From sequence record NC_048731.1: DNA of 64,000 nt; one strand, given 5' to 3'. Both the position numbers and the translations under genes were made by a program. The first letter of the stretch is position 1, and the number at the start of each line of letters is the position of its first letter. The stretch is from Escherichia phage fp01. Below are positions 9,187 to 19,316 of the stretch, piece after piece. The notes under the pieces were generated by a model. That model made no database searches, had not been told where the DNA came from, and saw nothing but the letters and a program-made list of their open reading frames with translations.

Positions 9187-10158
9187 ATGACTAATGTAAA
9201 AGACTTTATTAAACGTTGTCAAGAAGCATATTACCAGGGAATGTCTTTAATCTCTGACGAAGAATATGATCGTCTGATTAAAAGATTTCCGTTAGAAGAA
9301 GAGATCGGGCCTAAGGGTGATATTCCACATCTGTATCGTATGTATTCTTTACAGAAAGTTTATTATAATCGTGGAGATAAACCCCCATTTAACCCGTTAG
9401 GTCAGGTAGAAACTGATAAGTTAGATGGTTGTGCGATTTCTCTGTTATATATTAATGGCGAATTTGTTCAAGCACTAACTCGTGGCAATGGTATTCTAGG
9501 GAATGATGTCACAAGCAACGTAAGATTGCTGAACATCCCCAAAAAGATTTCCCAAAAAGTACCTACTCAAATCACTGGTGAAGTTCTAATTACAAAAGAA
9601 GTAGAAAATAAACGTAACTTTGCCTCTGGTGCTATTAACCTCAAAGATAGCGATGATTTCGTACAACGTATCGGAGAAGGTGGTTTAATCTTCGTTGCAT
9701 ATGGTATCCAGTGTTCTGCTGAATCTGTAGGTATTACAGAAACGTATTTAAAAGATATGCTTTGGCTAGAGAATGAGAACTTCTTAACAGTTGTTAATGT
9801 GCGTTCCTTCTTTAAATGGATTCCGACGGATGGTAAAGTTGTTCGTATTAATGACAACAACAAATTCTTCCGAGAAGGCTGGACTAATAAATTCCCTCGT
9901 GGAGCATTCGCTATTAAAGAGGATGAAGAAGGCGAGATTACAACTCTTACTAAAGTTGAATGGCAGGTAGGGGCTTCTGGTAAAGTAACTCCAGTTGGTT
10001 ATTTCGAACCGGTAATTATTGATGATGCTACAATTGTTAAGGCGACTCTTAATAACGTTGATTATATTAACTCTCTTGATCTAGAGATCGGTTGCCAGAT
10101 TCGAGTGATTCGTGCCGGTGGTGTAATCCCGTGCATAGTAGAGCGAGTATACGATTAA
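9187..10158 (+). CDS. ligA: NAD-dependent DNA ligase, N-terminal subunit (domain Ia, adenylation, OB fold)
   Basis: Domain Ia-like SDEEYDRLIKRF, adenylation lysine motif KLDGCA, TRGNG motif; ends before the Zn-finger region. Confidence 0.8.
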   Translation: MTNVKDFIKRCQEAYYQGMSLISDEEYDRLIKRFPLEEEIGPKGDIPHLYRMYSLQKVYYNRGDKPPFNPLGQVETDKLDGCAISLLYINGEFVQALTRGNGILGNDVTSNVRLLNIPKKISQKVPTQITGEVLITKEVENKRNFASGAINLKDSDDFVQRIGEGGLIFVAYGIQCSAESVGITETYLKDMLWLENENFLTVVNVRSFFKWIPTDGKVVRINDNNKFFREGWTNKFPRGAFAIKEDEEGEITTLTKVEWQVGASGKVTPVGYFEPVIIDDATIVKATLNNVDYINSLDLEIGCQIRVIRAGGVIPCIVERVYD

Positions 10159-10208
10159 TACATAACCCTTTGCTACCCATCCACCATATCGGAATTATAA
10201 AGTGGTTA

Positions 10209-10237
10209 TTGACATTTTCGCCGCTTAGGTATATACT
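10209..10237 (+). promoter_or_regulatory. near-consensus sigma70 promoter inside the ligase spacer
   Basis: TTGACA (10209-10214), 17-nt spacer, TATACT (10232-10237). Confidence 0.5.
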
Positions 10238-10299
10238 ATTATCATTCAGTTGAGGGATAGAAAGTTATGGCGAGGGTAAGCAAAGTTAGTTAAAATTGT

Positions 10300-10335
10300 A
10301 GTTGCTAAATGCTTAAATACTTGCTATAATATTTA
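10300..10335 (+). promoter_or_regulatory. T5-type early promoter
   Basis: -35 TTGCTA (10302-10307), 17-nt spacer, extended -10 TGCTATAAT (10322-10330), then ATAAATTGATAAGGAAG leader. Confidence 0.6.
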
Positions 10336-10357
10336 TATAAATTGATAAGGAAGAAAT

Positions 10358-11140
10358 TTGATGAAAATCGAAATTCCAACACAATGTCCCTCTTGTGGTT
10401 CTAAGCTAGATCTTGTCAACGGACAATTATTCTGTCGGAATAAGTCCAACTGTCCAGCGCAATCAAGTAAGTTAATTGAGAACTTCTGTACAAAAATGAA
10501 GTTAAAGGGCTTTGGCCCAAAAACTATTGAGAAGCTGGAGCTGACGAAGATTTCAGAACTATTTTACCTAACCGAAGAAGATTTGGTTAGAGCCGTGGGT
10601 AGCAAGGTTGCCGCTAAGTTAATTAGCGAATTAAATACTAAAGTTCGCGGAGACATTGACTTTGGTTCAGTTCTCGGTTCTTTAGGAATCCCTCTAATAG
10701 GAGAGGTTGCAGCAAAGAAATTATCCCAAAATTGCACTAGCTTCCACGATGTGAAGGCTGACGGCAAGGCTGGAGAAAATTATAAAGCCTGGCTAAATTC
10801 CCCACAAGGCAGGGATGTTATCGAACTACCGTGGAAATTTTCAACCGGTATTAAGGGCACTAAAGCTAATATCATCATTACAGATGAATTAGTTGCCCAG
10901 CCAAATGGAATCGCGGTATGTATTACCGGATCTTTGCAAGATTTTGCAAATAGAACGGATGCAACAAACTATTTAGAAGGTCTAGGATATACGGTTAAGA
11001 AATCCGTTACCAAAGACGTCAAATACCTGATCTGTGAGGATGAATCAAAACGTTCTTCCTCATCTTATAAGAAAGCCGAAACGAATGGGATAGAAATCCT
11101 GTCGATTAAAGAACTATTGGAGAAAAATAATAATGTCTAA
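10358..11140 (+). CDS. ligB: NAD-dependent DNA ligase, C-terminal subunit (Zn finger, HhH, BRCT)
   Basis: Starts with Cys4 Zn finger CPSCGSKL...CRNKSNCPAQ, then Gly-rich HhH-like segments and BRCT-like C-terminus. Confidence 0.8.
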   Translation: MMKIEIPTQCPSCGSKLDLVNGQLFCRNKSNCPAQSSKLIENFCTKMKLKGFGPKTIEKLELTKISELFYLTEEDLVRAVGSKVAAKLISELNTKVRGDIDFGSVLGSLGIPLIGEVAAKKLSQNCTSFHDVKADGKAGENYKAWLNSPQGRDVIELPWKFSTGIKGTKANIIITDELVAQPNGIAVCITGSLQDFANRTDATNYLEGLGYTVKKSVTKDVKYLICEDESKRSSSSYKKAETNGIEILSIKELLEKNNNV

Positions 11141-11900
11141 ACTGAACTGGAACGTAGAAGGTGTAACCGAGTCTCTGAAAGCAAAAGCCACTGCTCTGGG
11201 TGTTTCTGTAATCTCTCAAGAACAAGTAGCTGCTATCGCTGCTGAACTGGCTGCTGAAACTGGCAAAGATGTTACTGCCCGCTCTGTTGGCTCTAAACTG
11301 CGTAAAGAAGGTTTTGAAGTACAGAAAGCTAACGAAGTACAGAAATCCCCGTGGACTCCTGAGCAGGAAGCTGAACTGGTTGATTTCCTGAACGCTCATG
11401 CTGGTCAGTATACCTATGCTGAAATCGCTGCTGCTGTAGCTGGTGGCCAGTTCGGTGCTAAACAGGTACAGGGTAAGATTCTGAGCCTGGAAATGACCGC
11501 TTCTGTTAAGCCAACCGAAAAAGCTGCTGCTGTTCGTTCCTTCACTCCGGATGAAGAAACTGATTTTGTTAATCAGGTTGTTGCTGGTGCTACTATTGAA
11601 GCTATCGCTGCTCACTTCGGTCGTAATATCAAGCAGATCCGTGGTAAAGCTCTGAGCCTGCTTCGTGAAGGTCGTATCGCGGCTATGCCGGTACAGGAAA
11701 CTTCAAGTGCTAAAACTCGTGAAGATCTGTTAGAAGGTCTGGATCTGGTTAACATGACTGTTGCTGAGATCGCTGAGAAAACTGGTAAATCTGAGCGCGG
11801 TGTTAAATCTATGCTGTCTCGTCGTGGTCTGGTTGCTAAGGACTATGATGGTGCCGCTAAGCGTGCTAAACTGGATGCAAAAGCTGCGGCTGTTGAATAA
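11133..11900 (+). CDS. Ala-rich abundant protein, possibly a D5-like DNA-binding protein
   Basis: RBS GGAG; strongly E. coli-optimised codons; internal duplicated segments; size about 28 kDa. Confidence 0.4.
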   Translation: MSKLNWNVEGVTESLKAKATALGVSVISQEQVAAIAAELAAETGKDVTARSVGSKLRKEGFEVQKANEVQKSPWTPEQEAELVDFLNAHAGQYTYAEIAAAVAGGQFGAKQVQGKILSLEMTASVKPTEKAAAVRSFTPDEETDFVNQVVAGATIEAIAAHFGRNIKQIRGKALSLLREGRIAAMPVQETSSAKTREDLLEGLDLVNMTVAEIAEKTGKSERGVKSMLSRRGLVAKDYDGAAKRAKLDAKAAAVE

Positions 11901-11914
11901 TCTGGTAAATTAAA

Positions 11915-11950
11915 CCTAAGGGGAGGGGGCTATGCTCCTTCCCCTTTTTG
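11915..11950 (+). terminator. rho-independent terminator
   Basis: aagggga...tcccctt stem followed by TTTTTG. Confidence 0.55.
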
Positions 11951-11982
11951 CATTTAGAAGGCACGAAAGCGTGCAAAGGAGA

Positions 11983-13455
11983 ATGACCTTGTTTAACGTG
12001 CAAGCTGTAGTGTTGAAGATGCTTCTAGCTTCCGAACAGAAGCAAATAGCATTGGAAACATTCTCAAAACTGCATAAAGATCATTTTAATGACGCTTTCT
12101 CCTCAATTTACCAAGCCGTCCAGAATTATTATAAAAAATATAACACAATGCCGTCCATTGACGCACTTATGCTTGAAGCTAATAGGAACGCCCGCCTTTC
12201 TCAAGCTCTAGTCGTCTTAGCTAACACTCAAATTCCAGAAGTGAGCATGGAACAGGCACTTGAAGTCCTAGAAGCCGAGTATACGCAGGATTTATTCTTG
12301 AAGCTTCTAGAAACAGACGTGCTTCAAGATTTAACAATGCTGGATCAGGGAGAAATTCTCAACCGAGTTGCCTCCCTTCACTTAAAATTAGAAGAGAAAG
12401 TAACGAATACTGGAAAAGTATTCAACGCAGATAACATGCGTATTTTCCAGAGAGAAGAAGATACCAAACTGAACTTAATCGCTCTTGGTATTTGTAATGA
12501 GTTCGACGCTCAAATTGGTTTAGCTCGCACAGAAACGTTACTGCTTGGTGGTTGGCGTGGTACTGGTAAATCCATTATCTGTTCAAACATACAGGTTCAG
12601 CAATATTTGAATGGAGATATTGCTCCATACTTCTCAATTGAGATGAAAGAACATGAAGTATTTAGACGTAATCTAGCCATGTTAGCTGGTGTATCAGCAC
12701 TAGCAATGCGTAATAATACTCTAGAAGGTGCAGCTCTGTTGAGATTAGCCAGAACTAGAGCTAGAATGTTTAATGGTGGTGAAGAGCTTTTCGATAACTT
12801 CGTTAAACAGTATACAATGGCTAAGATGAGTGATTTCTACGATATGGAGAGTAAGCTAATAGAAGGGTATGAACTACATACTCCTATGATTATTGTTTAT
12901 GATCCTGAACTGTCCATTACAACAGTTGACGTAGAATTAAATAAGTTAGTTGCTAGATATGGTGATAAAGTTACAGTAGCTTTACTTGATTATATTAACC
13001 AAACCCGACTTCCAGACTCTAAAACCATTGATATGTATGACTGGAAAGAACAGATGGTTGTTAGCTCGTCTTTCAAATCTATCTGTCAGAAACATAACGT
13101 GGCTGGCGTAGCTCCTTACCAGATCGATCAAGATGGTAGAACACGTATGTCAAAGGGGATTCTTGATTCCGCAGACATGGCTGCTAATCTTAATGCTGCA
13201 AAAGCTGATAATGGTCAAGGTGCTATTATGTTTGACTTCGTTAAGACTCGTTCTTCTGATAGCGTGAAGTTTATGCCTAAAATGAACTGGGAAACCCTGC
13301 GGATGGATAACACTACCAATCTAGCAATGGAAGATATATCTCAAATGGAAGCTGAGTTCGTTATCCCTATTGAGAAGGATAAGCCGGCTCAACCTAAACG
13401 TGCTAAGAAAGACAAAACTGAAAATTCAACAGGTGAACAGGCCAGCGATATATGA
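11983..13455 (+). CDS. DnaB-like replicative helicase (RecA-fold ATPase)
   Basis: Walker A-like GGWRGTGKS and Walker B-like IIVYDPE; start moved to internal ATG at 11983 (RBS AAAGGAG) because the track start lies inside the upstream terminator. Confidence 0.6.
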   Translation: MTLFNVQAVVLKMLLASEQKQIALETFSKLHKDHFNDAFSSIYQAVQNYYKKYNTMPSIDALMLEANRNARLSQALVVLANTQIPEVSMEQALEVLEAEYTQDLFLKLLETDVLQDLTMLDQGEILNRVASLHLKLEEKVTNTGKVFNADNMRIFQREEDTKLNLIALGICNEFDAQIGLARTETLLLGGWRGTGKSIICSNIQVQQYLNGDIAPYFSIEMKEHEVFRRNLAMLAGVSALAMRNNTLEGAALLRLARTRARMFNGGEELFDNFVKQYTMAKMSDFYDMESKLIEGYELHTPMIIVYDPELSITTVDVELNKLVARYGDKVTVALLDYINQTRLPDSKTIDMYDWKEQMVVSSSFKSICQKHNVAGVAPYQIDQDGRTRMSKGILDSADMAANLNAAKADNGQGAIMFDFVKTRSSDSVKFMPKMNWETLRMDNTTNLAMEDISQMEAEFVIPIEKDKPAQPKRAKKDKTENSTGEQASDI

Positions 13456-14342
13456 GTAGAATAACAGAACTACTTGATCTGAAAGGCATTGAATATAAAG
13501 ACACAGGTGGGGACATCCTCATCTGTTGTCTCAATCCAGATCATGACGATAAACACCCAAGTTTGCGTATTGATCCTGAAACAGGTATTATGCACTGCTT
13601 GAGTTGTGGCTTCGGTAAAGGTATACCGAGCATTTACCATTATTTTAATGAGACTCAGTACCGACAGTCTCCAAGACTATCGCAGGTACGTAAAAAGATT
13701 TCAGAGATTAGGAATGGATCTACGAATCTTGCAATTCCTGAATCTGCTTACCTTTTCGAAGGTGATTTCCGAGGTATAAGTTCTAAGACCTTGAAGAAAT
13801 ATTTTGCTTTCCAACACCAAGCAGACTGGGAAGGCAGAATTGTATTCCCAATCACAGATGCTGTTGGACGCAATATCCTATTTTTGGGTCGTTCTATAAA
13901 CAGTTCTGCCCCTCCTAAATACTTAGTAAAACCAAAACAAGTTTCACCACCGATTTTCCCTGTACGATATAATACTCCAGTTCTTATTCTAGTTGAAGGT
14001 ATCTTTGATATGCTGAACCTAGAGGATAATGGTATAGACTATGCTTCTTGCTGCTTTGGCACACATCAGTTCACCTCAGATAACATTGCAGATAAGTTCA
14101 GTCCTTATATTATTGCTGGTGTTAAAGTTGTTGTTATCTTACTAGATAATGATGCTTCTGGTAATAAGGCTGCACAAGCATTGGCCAAATTAATTCGTAC
14201 AAAAACGCGTTTAACACCTGTAGTTGCTAACTTTCTTCTACCAGAAGGCAAAGATCCAGGTGACTTAAACAAAGATGAAATTGATATGTTAGCAAAACGT
14301 ATTGAAATTTTAGTTGCTGAATCGCTTAAAGATTTGGTATAA
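13452..14342 (+). CDS. DNA primase (CHC2 zinc finger plus TOPRIM-like)
   Basis: Zn-binding CCLNPDHDDKHPSLRID...HCLSCG typical of DnaG-type primase; ATGA overlap with helicase. Confidence 0.7.
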   Translation: MSRITELLDLKGIEYKDTGGDILICCLNPDHDDKHPSLRIDPETGIMHCLSCGFGKGIPSIYHYFNETQYRQSPRLSQVRKKISEIRNGSTNLAIPESAYLFEGDFRGISSKTLKKYFAFQHQADWEGRIVFPITDAVGRNILFLGRSINSSAPPKYLVKPKQVSPPIFPVRYNTPVLILVEGIFDMLNLEDNGIDYASCCFGTHQFTSDNIADKFSPYIIAGVKVVVILLDNDASGNKAAQALAKLIRTKTRLTPVVANFLLPEGKDPGDLNKDEIDMLAKRIEILVAESLKDLV

Positions 14343-14404
14343 TATATTGGTAAGTTAGAGAAGAAACACTGAAGTTATACTTACTTACCAAGAGGAGATT
14401 AAAT

Positions 14405-16972
14405 TTGAAAATCGCAGTAGTTGATAAAGCTCTAAATAACACTCGTTACGATAAACATTTCCAGCTATACGGCGAGGAAGTTGATGTATTCCATATGTGT
14501 AACGAGAAGTTATCTGGTCGTTTGCTTAAAAAGCACATTACTATTGGAACACCAGAAAACCCATTTGATCCGAATGATTATGATTTTGTTATACTAGTAG
14601 GTGCTGAACCTTTCCTGTATTTCGCAGGTAAGAAAGGCATTGGTGACTATACTGGTAAACGTGTAGAGTATAATGGATATGCTAACTGGATTGCGAGTAT
14701 CAGCCCAGCCCAGTTACACTTTAAGCCTGAAATGAAACCAGTTTTCGATGCAACAGTAGAAAATATCCACGATATTATCAATGGTCGTGAGAAGATTGCA
14801 AAAGCTGGTGATTACCGTCCTATTACTGACCCTGATGAGGCGGAAGAATATATCAAGATGGTGTATAATATGGTTATCGGACCTGTCGCATTCGACTCCG
14901 AAACCTCAGCACTATACTGTCGAGATGGTTATCTGCTAGGTGTTTCTATATCTCACCAAGAGTATCAGGGTGTATATATCGATTCTGATTGTCTCACAGA
15001 GGTTGCAGTATATTATCTCCAGAAAATTCTGGATAGTGAAAACCACACTATTGTTTTTCACAACTTGAAGTTTGATATGCACTTTTATAAGTACCATCTG
15101 GGACTTACTTTTGATAAAGCACATAAAGAACGCAGGCTCCATGATACTATGTTGCAGCATTATGTTCTAGATGAGCGTCGTGGTACTCATGGCTTGAAAT
15201 CTCTAGCAATGAAGTATACCGATATGGGTGACTATGACTTTGAACTAGATAAGTTCAAGGAGGATTACTGCAAAGCACATAAAATCAAGAAAGAAGATTT
15301 CACCTATGATTTAATTCCGTTTGATATTATGTGGCCTTACGCTGCGAAAGATACTGATGCCACCCTACGTTTGCACAACTTCTTCTTACCAAAAATTGAG
15401 AAGAATGAAAAACTTTGCAGCCTGTATTATGATGTCCTAATGCCTGGTTGTGTATTTCTCCAGCGTGTTGAGGATCGTGGTGTACCTATTTCTATTGATC
15501 GTTTAAAAGAAGCACAGTACCAGTTAACCCATAATCTGAATAAAGCTCGTGAGAAGCTGTATACTTATCCAGAAGTAGTTCAGCTAGAGAAAGATCAGAA
15601 TGAAGCGTTTAACCCAAACTCTGTTAAACAACTCCGTGTTCTTCTGTTTGACTATGTTGGCTTAACTCCAACAGGTAAATTGACGGATACTGGAGCAGAC
15701 TCTACAGATGCAGAAGCTCTGAACGAATTGTCTACGCAGCATCCAATTGCTAAGACTCTACTAGAGATTCGTAAGCTGACTAAGCTGATCTCTACTTACG
15801 TTGAGAAAATTCTTCTGAGTATTGATGCAGATGGTTGCATTCGTACTGGCTTCCACGAACACATGACTACTTCTGGTCGCCTGAGTTCTTCTGGTAAACT
15901 GAACCTGCAACAGTTACCTCGTGATGAATCTATTATCAAGGGCTGTGTAGTAGCTCCTCCCGGGTATCGTGTAATCGCATGGGACTTAACAACTGCGGAA
16001 GTTTATTATGCTGCTGTTCTATCTGGCGATAGAAATATGCAACAAGTATTTATCAACATGAGAAATGAACCAGATAAATACCCGGACTTCCACTCTAACA
16101 TCGCACACATGGTATTTAAGCTCCAATGCGAACCTCGTGATGTTAAAAAGTTATTCCCAGCTCTGCGTCAAGCAGCTAAAGCAATCACCTTTGGTATTCT
16201 ATATGGTTCTGGCCCAGCTAAAGTAGCTCATTCTGTTAACGAAGCTCTTCTGGAGCAGGCTGCTAAGACAGGCGAACCGTTTGTAGAATGTACGGTTGCA
16301 GATGCTAAAGAGTATATCGAAACTTACTTCGGTCAGTTCCCGCAGCTTAAGCGTTGGATTGATAAGTGCCACGATCAGATCAAGAATCATGGATTTATCT
16401 ATAGTCACTTTGGTCGTAAGCGTCGTCTGCACAATATCCACTCCGAAGACCGTGGTGTTCAGGGTGAGGAAATCCGTTCTGGATTTAACGCAATCATTCA
16501 GTCTGCTTCTTCTGATAGTCTCCTTTTAGGTGCTGTAGATGCAGATAATGAGATCATTTCTCTTGGCCTAGAACAAGAGATGAAGATTGTTATGCTGGTT
16601 CATGACTCCGTAGTTGCTATTGTTCGTGAGGATTTGATCGACCAATACAATGAAATCCTGATTCGTAATATTCAGAAAGACCGTGGTATCAGTATTCCTG
16701 GCTGTCCGATTGGTATTGATTCAGATTCTGAAGCTGGAGGTTCTCGTGACTACTCTTGTGGTAAGATGAAGAAGCAGCATCCATCAATCGCTTGTATTGA
16801 TGATGATGAATATACCCGCTATGTCAAAAGTGTGTTACTTGATGCAGATTTCGAGTATAAGAAACTAGCTGCAATGGATAAAGAGCATCCAGATCACAGC
16901 AAATACAAGGATGATAAGTTTATTGCTGTATGTAAAGATTTGGATAACGTGAGAAGGATTCTCGGTGCTTGA
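14405..16972 (+). CDS. DNA polymerase, family A (Pol I-like) with 3'-5' exonuclease domain
   Basis: Exo motif AFDSETSAL, Pol A motif A-like IAWDLTTAEV, motif B-like RQAAKAITFGILYGSG, motif C VHDS; 855 aa; TTG start behind RBS GAGGAG. Confidence 0.9.
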   Translation: MKIAVVDKALNNTRYDKHFQLYGEEVDVFHMCNEKLSGRLLKKHITIGTPENPFDPNDYDFVILVGAEPFLYFAGKKGIGDYTGKRVEYNGYANWIASISPAQLHFKPEMKPVFDATVENIHDIINGREKIAKAGDYRPITDPDEAEEYIKMVYNMVIGPVAFDSETSALYCRDGYLLGVSISHQEYQGVYIDSDCLTEVAVYYLQKILDSENHTIVFHNLKFDMHFYKYHLGLTFDKAHKERRLHDTMLQHYVLDERRGTHGLKSLAMKYTDMGDYDFELDKFKEDYCKAHKIKKEDFTYDLIPFDIMWPYAAKDTDATLRLHNFFLPKIEKNEKLCSLYYDVLMPGCVFLQRVEDRGVPISIDRLKEAQYQLTHNLNKAREKLYTYPEVVQLEKDQNEAFNPNSVKQLRVLLFDYVGLTPTGKLTDTGADSTDAEALNELSTQHPIAKTLLEIRKLTKLISTYVEKILLSIDADGCIRTGFHEHMTTSGRLSSSGKLNLQQLPRDESIIKGCVVAPPGYRVIAWDLTTAEVYYAAVLSGDRNMQQVFINMRNEPDKYPDFHSNIAHMVFKLQCEPRDVKKLFPALRQAAKAITFGILYGSGPAKVAHSVNEALLEQAAKTGEPFVECTVADAKEYIETYFGQFPQLKRWIDKCHDQIKNHGFIYSHFGRKRRLHNIHSEDRGVQGEEIRSGFNAIIQSASSDSLLLGAVDADNEIISLGLEQEMKIVMLVHDSVVAIVREDLIDQYNEILIRNIQKDRGISIPGCPIGIDSDSEAGGSRDYSCGKMKKQHPSIACIDDDEYTRYVKSVLLDADFEYKKLAAMDKEHPDHSKYKDDKFIAVCKDLDNVRRILGA

Positions 16973-17462
16973 TTTCAAATTGCCCGTATATGCTTTACGG
17001 GCGTTTGTATCAATTGAGCAAGAGGGTGATTATTCCGTAATTACAACAAGGTATAATAAATATGTGCTAGATAACAGGAAGTTGCCTGGCACGTTTTCTC
17101 AACGTAGGCTTATTCTATTTGAGAAACGGAAAGAATTACCCTACAAGCTCTACCCTATTAGAGGTAGAATATCAATGTTGTCTCAATTAGTTGGGTCAAA
17201 GCGTAGCCAATTTATAGATTCTGATGGAAATCTTATTAACTGGAAGAAAACTACATTCTATGATGTTGTCACCTCTAAAGTTTTGCATTCAGCTAGAATT
17301 TATAATGGAAAATACCAATGCTATGTAGCTAAAGTTCCATACCCATTTGTATTATCCTATGTTCCAGCTTATATAAGCTATATTCTGGTAAATAATAGCC
17401 CTGTTATTTACCAAGTCCATCAAGAGGAGCCTGAAATTCCTAGACTTAGAATAAAATTATGA
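16965..17462 (+). CDS. hypothetical protein
   Basis: ORF overlapping polymerase stop, GTG start, AT-rich codons; no motifs. Confidence 0.35.
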   Translation: MLDFKLPVYALRAFVSIEQEGDYSVITTRYNKYVLDNRKLPGTFSQRRLILFEKRKELPYKLYPIRGRISMLSQLVGSKRSQFIDSDGNLINWKKTTFYDVVTSKVLHSARIYNGKYQCYVAKVPYPFVLSYVPAYISYILVNNSPVIYQVHQEEPEIPRLRIKL

Positions 17463-18811
17463 AAGTTGTTATATCTAATAAAGCCTATTTCAAGCCCGAT
17501 GATGAACTTTGGGATTATTGTAGTAAGCAAACCACTTATCACATAGAGACAATGACTAGTAAATACCCTATTATGTATAAGAATAGTGGTGTTGTTGCCA
17601 AAGAGATTAAGTGGATTCCTATCACTCGTCTAGATTTATTAGATGCTAAAGGAGTAAAATACGAATTAGTCGATAAACGCACATTAGCTCCGGCAGATAT
17701 ACCAAAACCTAAGTTCAAGCTGCGTGAAGAAGATCAGCTTCCAATATACGAAGAATGCGATGATACCTGTATTATTAATGGTAAGCCTGGATTTGGTAAA
17801 ACTATCCTAGCCCTTGCACTTGCGTATAAATTTGGCCAAAAAACTCTGGTAATATGTACGAATACATCCATTCGTGAGATGTGGGCAGCAGAAGTTCGTA
17901 AATGGTTTGGGTTTGAACCGGGTATCATAGGTTCTGGGAAATACAATATTGATCCACCAATTGTAGTCAGTAATATTCAAACAGTGAATAAACATGCGAA
18001 TAATCTTTCTAAAGTATTCGGTACTGTTATAGTTGATGAAGTTCACCATTGTGTGGCTACAACTTTCACTAACTTCCTAGAAATATCATGTGCTCGCTAT
18101 AAGATTGGACTATCCGGTACATTAAAAAGAAAAGATGGTCTACAAGTTATGTTCAAAGATTTCTTTGGATATAAGATTTTTAGCCCACCGGTTAATAATA
18201 CTGTTGCACCTACAATCCATAGGTACTCTGTACCTGTTGAGTTATCAGGAAATCAGAATGTGCCATGGGCATTACGTGCTAATGATGTGTACAATCATCC
18301 TGAGTATCGAGAAACTATTATAAACCTAGCACATTTATATGTGAATATGGGGCATAAAGTACTCATTGTAAGCGATAGAACAGAGTTAATCCAAACAGTA
18401 CTAGAAGCTCTTGCACAGCGTGGTGTTACAACTTATGAAATTATAGGGGCAACCCACTTAGATGACCGATTAAAAATCCAGGAAGATATAGCAAAAGGTG
18501 GACCTTGTGTACTTGCAGCAGCTCAGAGTATCTTCTCTGAAGGTATTTCCCTTAATGAGCTATCTTGTTTAATAATGGGAAGTCTTATTAATAATGAATC
18601 TCTCATTGAACAGCTTGCAGGACGTGTTCAACGTATTGTCGATGGTAAACTCGACCCTATTGTTGTAGATCTAATCATGAAAGGTGGTACTGGGCTAAGA
18701 CAGGCTTCTGGACGTATGGCAGTATATCGTAACAACGGGTGGAAAACTATTACCACGACTCCGGAGAAAGCAGTTCAATTAGCTAAAATTGCATTTGGCA
18801 ACAGCTCATAA
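17459..18811 (+). CDS. SF2 (DExH-box) DNA helicase
   Basis: Walker A GKPGFGKT, DExH motif VIVDEVHH, helicase C-terminal motifs; ATGA overlap upstream. Confidence 0.7.
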   Translation: MKVVISNKAYFKPDDELWDYCSKQTTYHIETMTSKYPIMYKNSGVVAKEIKWIPITRLDLLDAKGVKYELVDKRTLAPADIPKPKFKLREEDQLPIYEECDDTCIINGKPGFGKTILALALAYKFGQKTLVICTNTSIREMWAAEVRKWFGFEPGIIGSGKYNIDPPIVVSNIQTVNKHANNLSKVFGTVIVDEVHHCVATTFTNFLEISCARYKIGLSGTLKRKDGLQVMFKDFFGYKIFSPPVNNTVAPTIHRYSVPVELSGNQNVPWALRANDVYNHPEYRETIINLAHLYVNMGHKVLIVSDRTELIQTVLEALAQRGVTTYEIIGATHLDDRLKIQEDIAKGGPCVLAAAQSIFSEGISLNELSCLIMGSLINNESLIEQLAGRVQRIVDGKLDPIVVDLIMKGGTGLRQASGRMAVYRNNGWKTITTTPEKAVQLAKIAFGNSS

Positions 18812-18825
18812 ATGATGTATAATAT
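18795..18825 (+). promoter_or_regulatory. T5-type early promoter (first of tandem pair)
   Basis: -35 TTGGCA, 17-nt spacer, -10 TATAAT (18818-18823), then ATAAATTTGAGAGAG leader. Confidence 0.5.
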
Positions 18826-18892
18826 ATACATAAATTTGAGAGAGAAAGTTTCGGATTGATAAGAAAGTCCGAAGCAGAAAAATAAAAATTTT

Positions 18893-18926
18893 AGTTGCTA
18901 AATTCTCTCGAAATCTAGTATAATAT
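18893..18926 (+). promoter_or_regulatory. T5-type early promoter (second of tandem pair)
   Basis: -35 TTGCTA (18895-18900), 18-nt spacer, -10 TATAAT (18919-18924), then ATAAATTCGAGGAG leader. Confidence 0.55.
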
Positions 18927-19031
18927 ATACATAAATTCGAGGAGAAAACAAAAATTAAATTCTTCGATTATGAAAAGCTATACTTACTAGCTAGAGGAAA
19001 TTCCGACCTAATTATTAAGCTATTCAAAAGA

Positions 19032-19316
19032 ATGCTTACAGAGCCTGATGCTCACCAACTATTGGTCGGTTCCTCATTCATTTTGAATGAATCAACTATT
19101 GTTGATAATCCAAATAAATTGTCTAATAGACAACTGGCAGAATATCTAGGAATTTTAAGTCTACGAAATTATGCCGAATACAAGTTTACAAACGATCCTA
19201 GTTTGGACATGCAATATGTTCCAGTATGGATACCACGTTTAGTAATCGACACTAACCCACTAATCGCAATTAACAAATCGAAATTAATCTTTAAAGAGGA
19301 AATAAAATATGGCTAA
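19032..19316 (+). CDS. hypothetical protein
   Basis: 94-aa ORF between tandem promoters and the next gene; weak RBS. Confidence 0.25.
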   Translation: MLTEPDAHQLLVGSSFILNESTIVDNPNKLSNRQLAEYLGILSLRNYAEYKFTNDPSLDMQYVPVWIPRLVIDTNPLIAINKSKLIFKEEIKYG

